Part shown: positions 61,091-64,000 of the stretch, piece after piece
Layout: each line of letters begins with the position of its first letter
Numbering within the stretch: position 1 is the first letter of the stretch
Assembly: GCA_965200315.1 (NCBI GenBank)
Contig: OZ241362.1
Span: 3,552,001 to 3,616,000, forward strand
Direction of reading: 5' to 3'
DNA length: 64,000 nt
From: Candidatus Latescibacterota bacterium
GTDB lineage: Bacteria; Latescibacterota; UBA2968; UBA8231
Notes under the pieces: model-generated
What the model saw: only the letters and a program-made list of their open reading frames with translations
Told to the model about the DNA's origin: nothing
Database searches by the model: none
Position numbers and translations under genes: made by a program

Positions 61091-62260
61091 CTAGCGACCG
61101 ACGATCGGCGGCAGGTTGGTCGCCGGGCAGGCGCGGGGGCCTTGGACTGGATAGCCCATATCCGCGAGGACGCAGTTGATTTGGGCCTCTAGCTTGATCA
61201 GGTACTCCTGTTCGTACGCGCTGCTCGACGCACGCGCTGGGCCTACGTCAAAGCCGCGAGCCGCCACGCCGGTCTTAAAGCCCTCTGGGAAGTTGACCCC
61301 GAGGAGCATCAAGTTGATGAGATCGAGGATGCGGTATTGCAGTTCGCGGGCCCGCTCGATGTCGCCGCTTTTGGCCTTTTCATACAGCTCGACGATCACC
61401 TCCGGGACGATGCCCGAGGTGGCGATGGTCCCCCCACTGGCACCCATGAGCACCGCGGGAAATACGATCTCCTCGCAACCGGTCAGCACCACGTAGTCGG
61501 GGCGCTGTTGGCGCAGGCGGTTCATGGTGTTGAGCAGTCGCGGCAGGTCGCGGCTGGAGTCCTTGGTCCCGCAGAGCCGCTCGTAGGGCAAGAGCCGCTC
61601 CAGCAAATCTATCGACAGCTCTTGGGTAAATCGCGGAATATTACACAGCAGGATGTCCAGCGGCGATTCTTCGGCGATTTCAGCGAAGTACTCGAAGAGG
61701 CTCTCGGTGGAAATCTCGTAGTAATAGGGGGGCATCAGCGCAATGGCATCCACGCCGAGTGAGGCATAGTATTCGGCCATCTTGAGCACGTCGCGCAAGT
61801 TGGCCTCGCCGGCTCCGGCCAGTACGGGTACACGGCCCTTGTTAACCTCGCAGACCAGTCGCACCACGTCTTGGCGCTCCTCCGGCGACAGGCGTGCGAA
61901 CTCGCCCGTGCTGCCGTTGGGGTACAGCCCATGGATCCCGACCTCGATCAGCCAGTTGATGTAGCGCTCCATCTCGGCGTGGTTGATCTCGTTCTGGCGG
62001 TCGAAAAGGACGACATTGGGGCAGAAGATGCCAGCAAATGCCTGGCGGCCGGCGGCGCGAGGCACTGCTGGTGCCGGTGCTGGCGTTGGGGTGGCTTGGC
62101 GGTCAGCCTCCCGGCGGACGATCTCAACGCCTTGGACGCGCAAAAAATCCTGCGCCGAGGGCGTCAGCTTGGACCCCGGGCCGATTTCGACCTCCCGTGC
62201 GCCAGACAGGCGACCCTCCAAGGTCTGAGCGGTAATTACAGCGTCGTCAATCCGAACCAT
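61091..62260 (-). CDS. DapA family aldolase with N-terminal BMC-associated extension
   Basis: NGSTGEF, PYYY, KDSS; N-terminal LTPSAQDFLRVQGVEI segment plus Pro/Ala linker. Confidence 0.85.
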   Translation of the reverse strand: MVRIDDAVITAQTLEGRLSGAREVEIGPGSKLTPSAQDFLRVQGVEIVRREADRQATPTPAPAPAVPRAAGRQAFAGIFCPNVVLFDRQNEINHAEMERYINWLIEVGIHGLYPNGSTGEFARLSPEERQDVVRLVCEVNKGRVPVLAGAGEANLRDVLKMAEYYASLGVDAIALMPPYYYEISTESLFEYFAEIAEESPLDILLCNIPRFTQELSIDLLERLLPYERLCGTKDSSRDLPRLLNTMNRLRQQRPDYVVLTGCEEIVFPAVLMGASGGTIATSGIVPEVIVELYEKAKSGDIERARELQYRILDLINLMLLGVNFPEGFKTGVAARGFDVGPARASSSAYEQEYLIKLEAQINCVLADMGYPVQGPRACPATNLPPIVGR

Positions 62261-62274
62261 TTTTCGAGTCCTCG

Positions 62275-63423
62275 CTAAACGTGCGGCAGGCGGCCTTCGA
62301 GGCCGCTGTAGGGCTGCGGAATGGCGTAGGCCGAGGCCAGCTCTCCGTGGGCGATGGCCTCCTGCCGGCCCGCCTCTATGGCGACCTGCACGGCACCGAC
62401 ATCGCCGCGCACGACGGCGGCCGTCAAGTAGTACCCCACCTTGTAGGCCCCTTCGTATTCGACGGCCGCGGCCTTGAGCATTCGATCCACGGCCCGCACC
62501 AAGGCCACGGTGCTGCGCGTCTCAATCAGCCCCATCGCCTGCCGCGCACCCGAGCCCAAGCCCTCGGCCGCGGTGGCAAAGCGGGCGACTAACGAGGAAT
62601 CGGGCCTAGAGACTACGGCCGAGGCGTCGAGCTCGCCCAAGGCCGTGGCGGCCGCAACACCAGCGCGTACCGCAGCCTGCACATCGTCGAGCTGACCGGT
62701 AGCCAGCGCGGCAATTCGCCCGCCGCTGCCAATGCTCAAGCGCTCGATTTGGACATCCGCAGCCTTGAGCATGGCGTCCGCACTGCCTACGACCGCCGCG
62801 TAACCAATGGTCTCTATGAGGCCCAAGGCACCGGTAGAGCGCGGCGCAGCCGCTGGCGCGGGCGGCAACAGAGGGCCTAGCCCCTCGCTGGGCTGAGGCA
62901 AAACGAGGGTCGCGTACACGGTGCCGATCCGCTCGGCTGCTTGTCGGCCGACTTCTAGCGCCGTCTGCACGGCCGCCACATCGCCAAAAACGGGCGCGTG
63001 ACACAGGGCACCGCCGATGAAGGCCCAACCCCCTAGCTCCACTTGCGCGGCCTTGAGCATGGCGTCGGCACCGGCCACCAGAGGCGTCAGGCCCTGCGTC
63101 TCCAACAGACCAATCGCCCGCGGCTGGACCTGCTCGGCACCGAGGCCGGTCGCATGGGGCATGGCATCCACGGCGCGCGCATCCGGCCGCGGCACCACTT
63201 GTGCGCCAATCAGTTCACCGGTGCGGTTCGCCTCTACCTCGCCAACGCGAATGGCCGCCTCTACATCAGCCACTTGGCCGGCGATTACTGCGGTGAGCCA
63301 ACCCGAGCCAATCCCGTGCCGGCCGCAAAGTCGCACCTCAGCGGCCTTGAGCATGGCATCGGTAGAAGCCATCAGCGACGCCATGCCGCGCGTCTCCAGT
63401 ACACCGATTGCCCCGCTAGACAC
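62275..63423 (-). CDS. BMC shell protein with four tandem BMC domains
   Basis: Four repeats of A(I/L/M)G..ET......D.MLKAA.V...G.V..V..A...P.P. Confidence 0.9.
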   Translation of the reverse strand: MSSGAIGVLETRGMASLMASTDAMLKAAEVRLCGRHGIGSGWLTAVIAGQVADVEAAIRVGEVEANRTGELIGAQVVPRPDARAVDAMPHATGLGAEQVQPRAIGLLETQGLTPLVAGADAMLKAAQVELGGWAFIGGALCHAPVFGDVAAVQTALEVGRQAAERIGTVYATLVLPQPSEGLGPLLPPAPAAAPRSTGALGLIETIGYAAVVGSADAMLKAADVQIERLSIGSGGRIAALATGQLDDVQAAVRAGVAAATALGELDASAVVSRPDSSLVARFATAAEGLGSGARQAMGLIETRSTVALVRAVDRMLKAAAVEYEGAYKVGYYLTAAVVRGDVGAVQVAIEAGRQEAIAHGELASAYAIPQPYSGLEGRLPHV

Positions 63424-64000
63424 CGCCCCCTCCCATCGGCATGGCGTATGCGGCCAAGACCTCGGGCCGCGGCTGTGGGATCAGGGCCGTGCCCAGCAAG
63501 CGCTCGCAGCCCGCGAGCAACTTTTGCGCGACAGCTATGGCTTCGGTGACGGCCCCTATGTCTCCCAAGACCAGCGAACACACCACGCGGTCGTGGACCG
63601 TCAGCACATTGATTACCTCGACGGCAGCCGTCTTGACCATCTGATCGTTCGTGTAAATGTGGGCCCCGTAGCCGCGCGTCTCGACCAACCCTAGGGCACC
63701 AGCGGGAAAGTCGCTGTCGGAGCGGAGCGGAAAATCGACGAAATGACTGCAGGCGGCGGCAGGTTGATGGAGAGGCACGGCCACTACGTGTTCTACCACG
63801 CTGCGGGCCGCTTCTTCACCGCTTTGCAGCGCGGCCGCCACATCGCTGATTGACCCGGTGAAAAAAGCCGTGGTATAGCCGCCGATTGACGCCCAACCCG
63901 CGAGCTTTATGTCCGCGGCCTTGCAGGCCGCATCCGCACCCACAATGGCCGCGGCCACGCCCGCCACCTCGATCATGCCGACTGCCGGGTCGCCCGCCAT
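63416..64000 (-). CDS. BMC shell protein with two BMC domains (may extend beyond window)
   Basis: AVGMIE..DAACKAADI and ALGLVETRG..DQMVKTAAV repeats. Confidence 0.85.
   Translation of the reverse strand: MAGDPAVGMIEVAGVAAAIVGADAACKAADIKLAGWASIGGYTTAFFTGSISDVAAALQSGEEAARSVVEHVVAVPLHQPAAACSHFVDFPLRSDSDFPAGALGLVETRGYGAHIYTNDQMVKTAAVEVINVLTVHDRVVCSLVLGDIGAVTEAIAVAQKLLAGCERLLGTALIPQPRPEVLAAYAMPMGGGGV

Overview
GC-rich bacterial chromosome segment. A C-terminal QNFPNPFN/FlgD-Ig sorting domain, PhyH dioxygenases, enolase-superfamily enzymes and BMC genes suggest an FCB-group (Latescibacterota-like), possibly host-associated organism; this is inference only. The backbone is housekeeping and metabolic: carA end, Ldh2, aroC, PPK2/pap, acyl-CoA synthetase, YyaL, ltaE, ggt with a Pot-type ABC transporter, an ECF/anti-sigma/Spy cluster, solA, rsmD, His6-type hisA, fbp, PhyH x2, yciH, tonB, and a Tro/Mnt ABC transporter with mntR. 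Small accessory islets are scattered through it. Most are gene stumps collapsed by internal deletions: Rpn-like, TOPRIM-VapE primase, AAA ATPase/DUF4276, DUF5678/aspartyl protease, BrnT/antitoxin and type I R-M. Highlights: (1) an intact AT-rich four-gene cassette, TIR(ThsB-like) - 3TM membrane protein - TIR - TIR, lying antisense inside a destroyed type I R-M locus next to higBA, a candidate anti-phage system; (2) a microcompartment locus with a four-domain BMC shell protein next to a two-domain one (4+2=6 domains) and DapA-family aldolase/FAD oxidase cargo; (3) chains of TATAGC-ended MITE-like elements and two 24-nt in-frame insertions of a related short motif in coding genes; (4) a repeated ECF promoter GGAATR-N17-GTCTAA. 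No rRNA, tRNA or CRISPR array was recognised. All family calls come from motif recall, not database searches.
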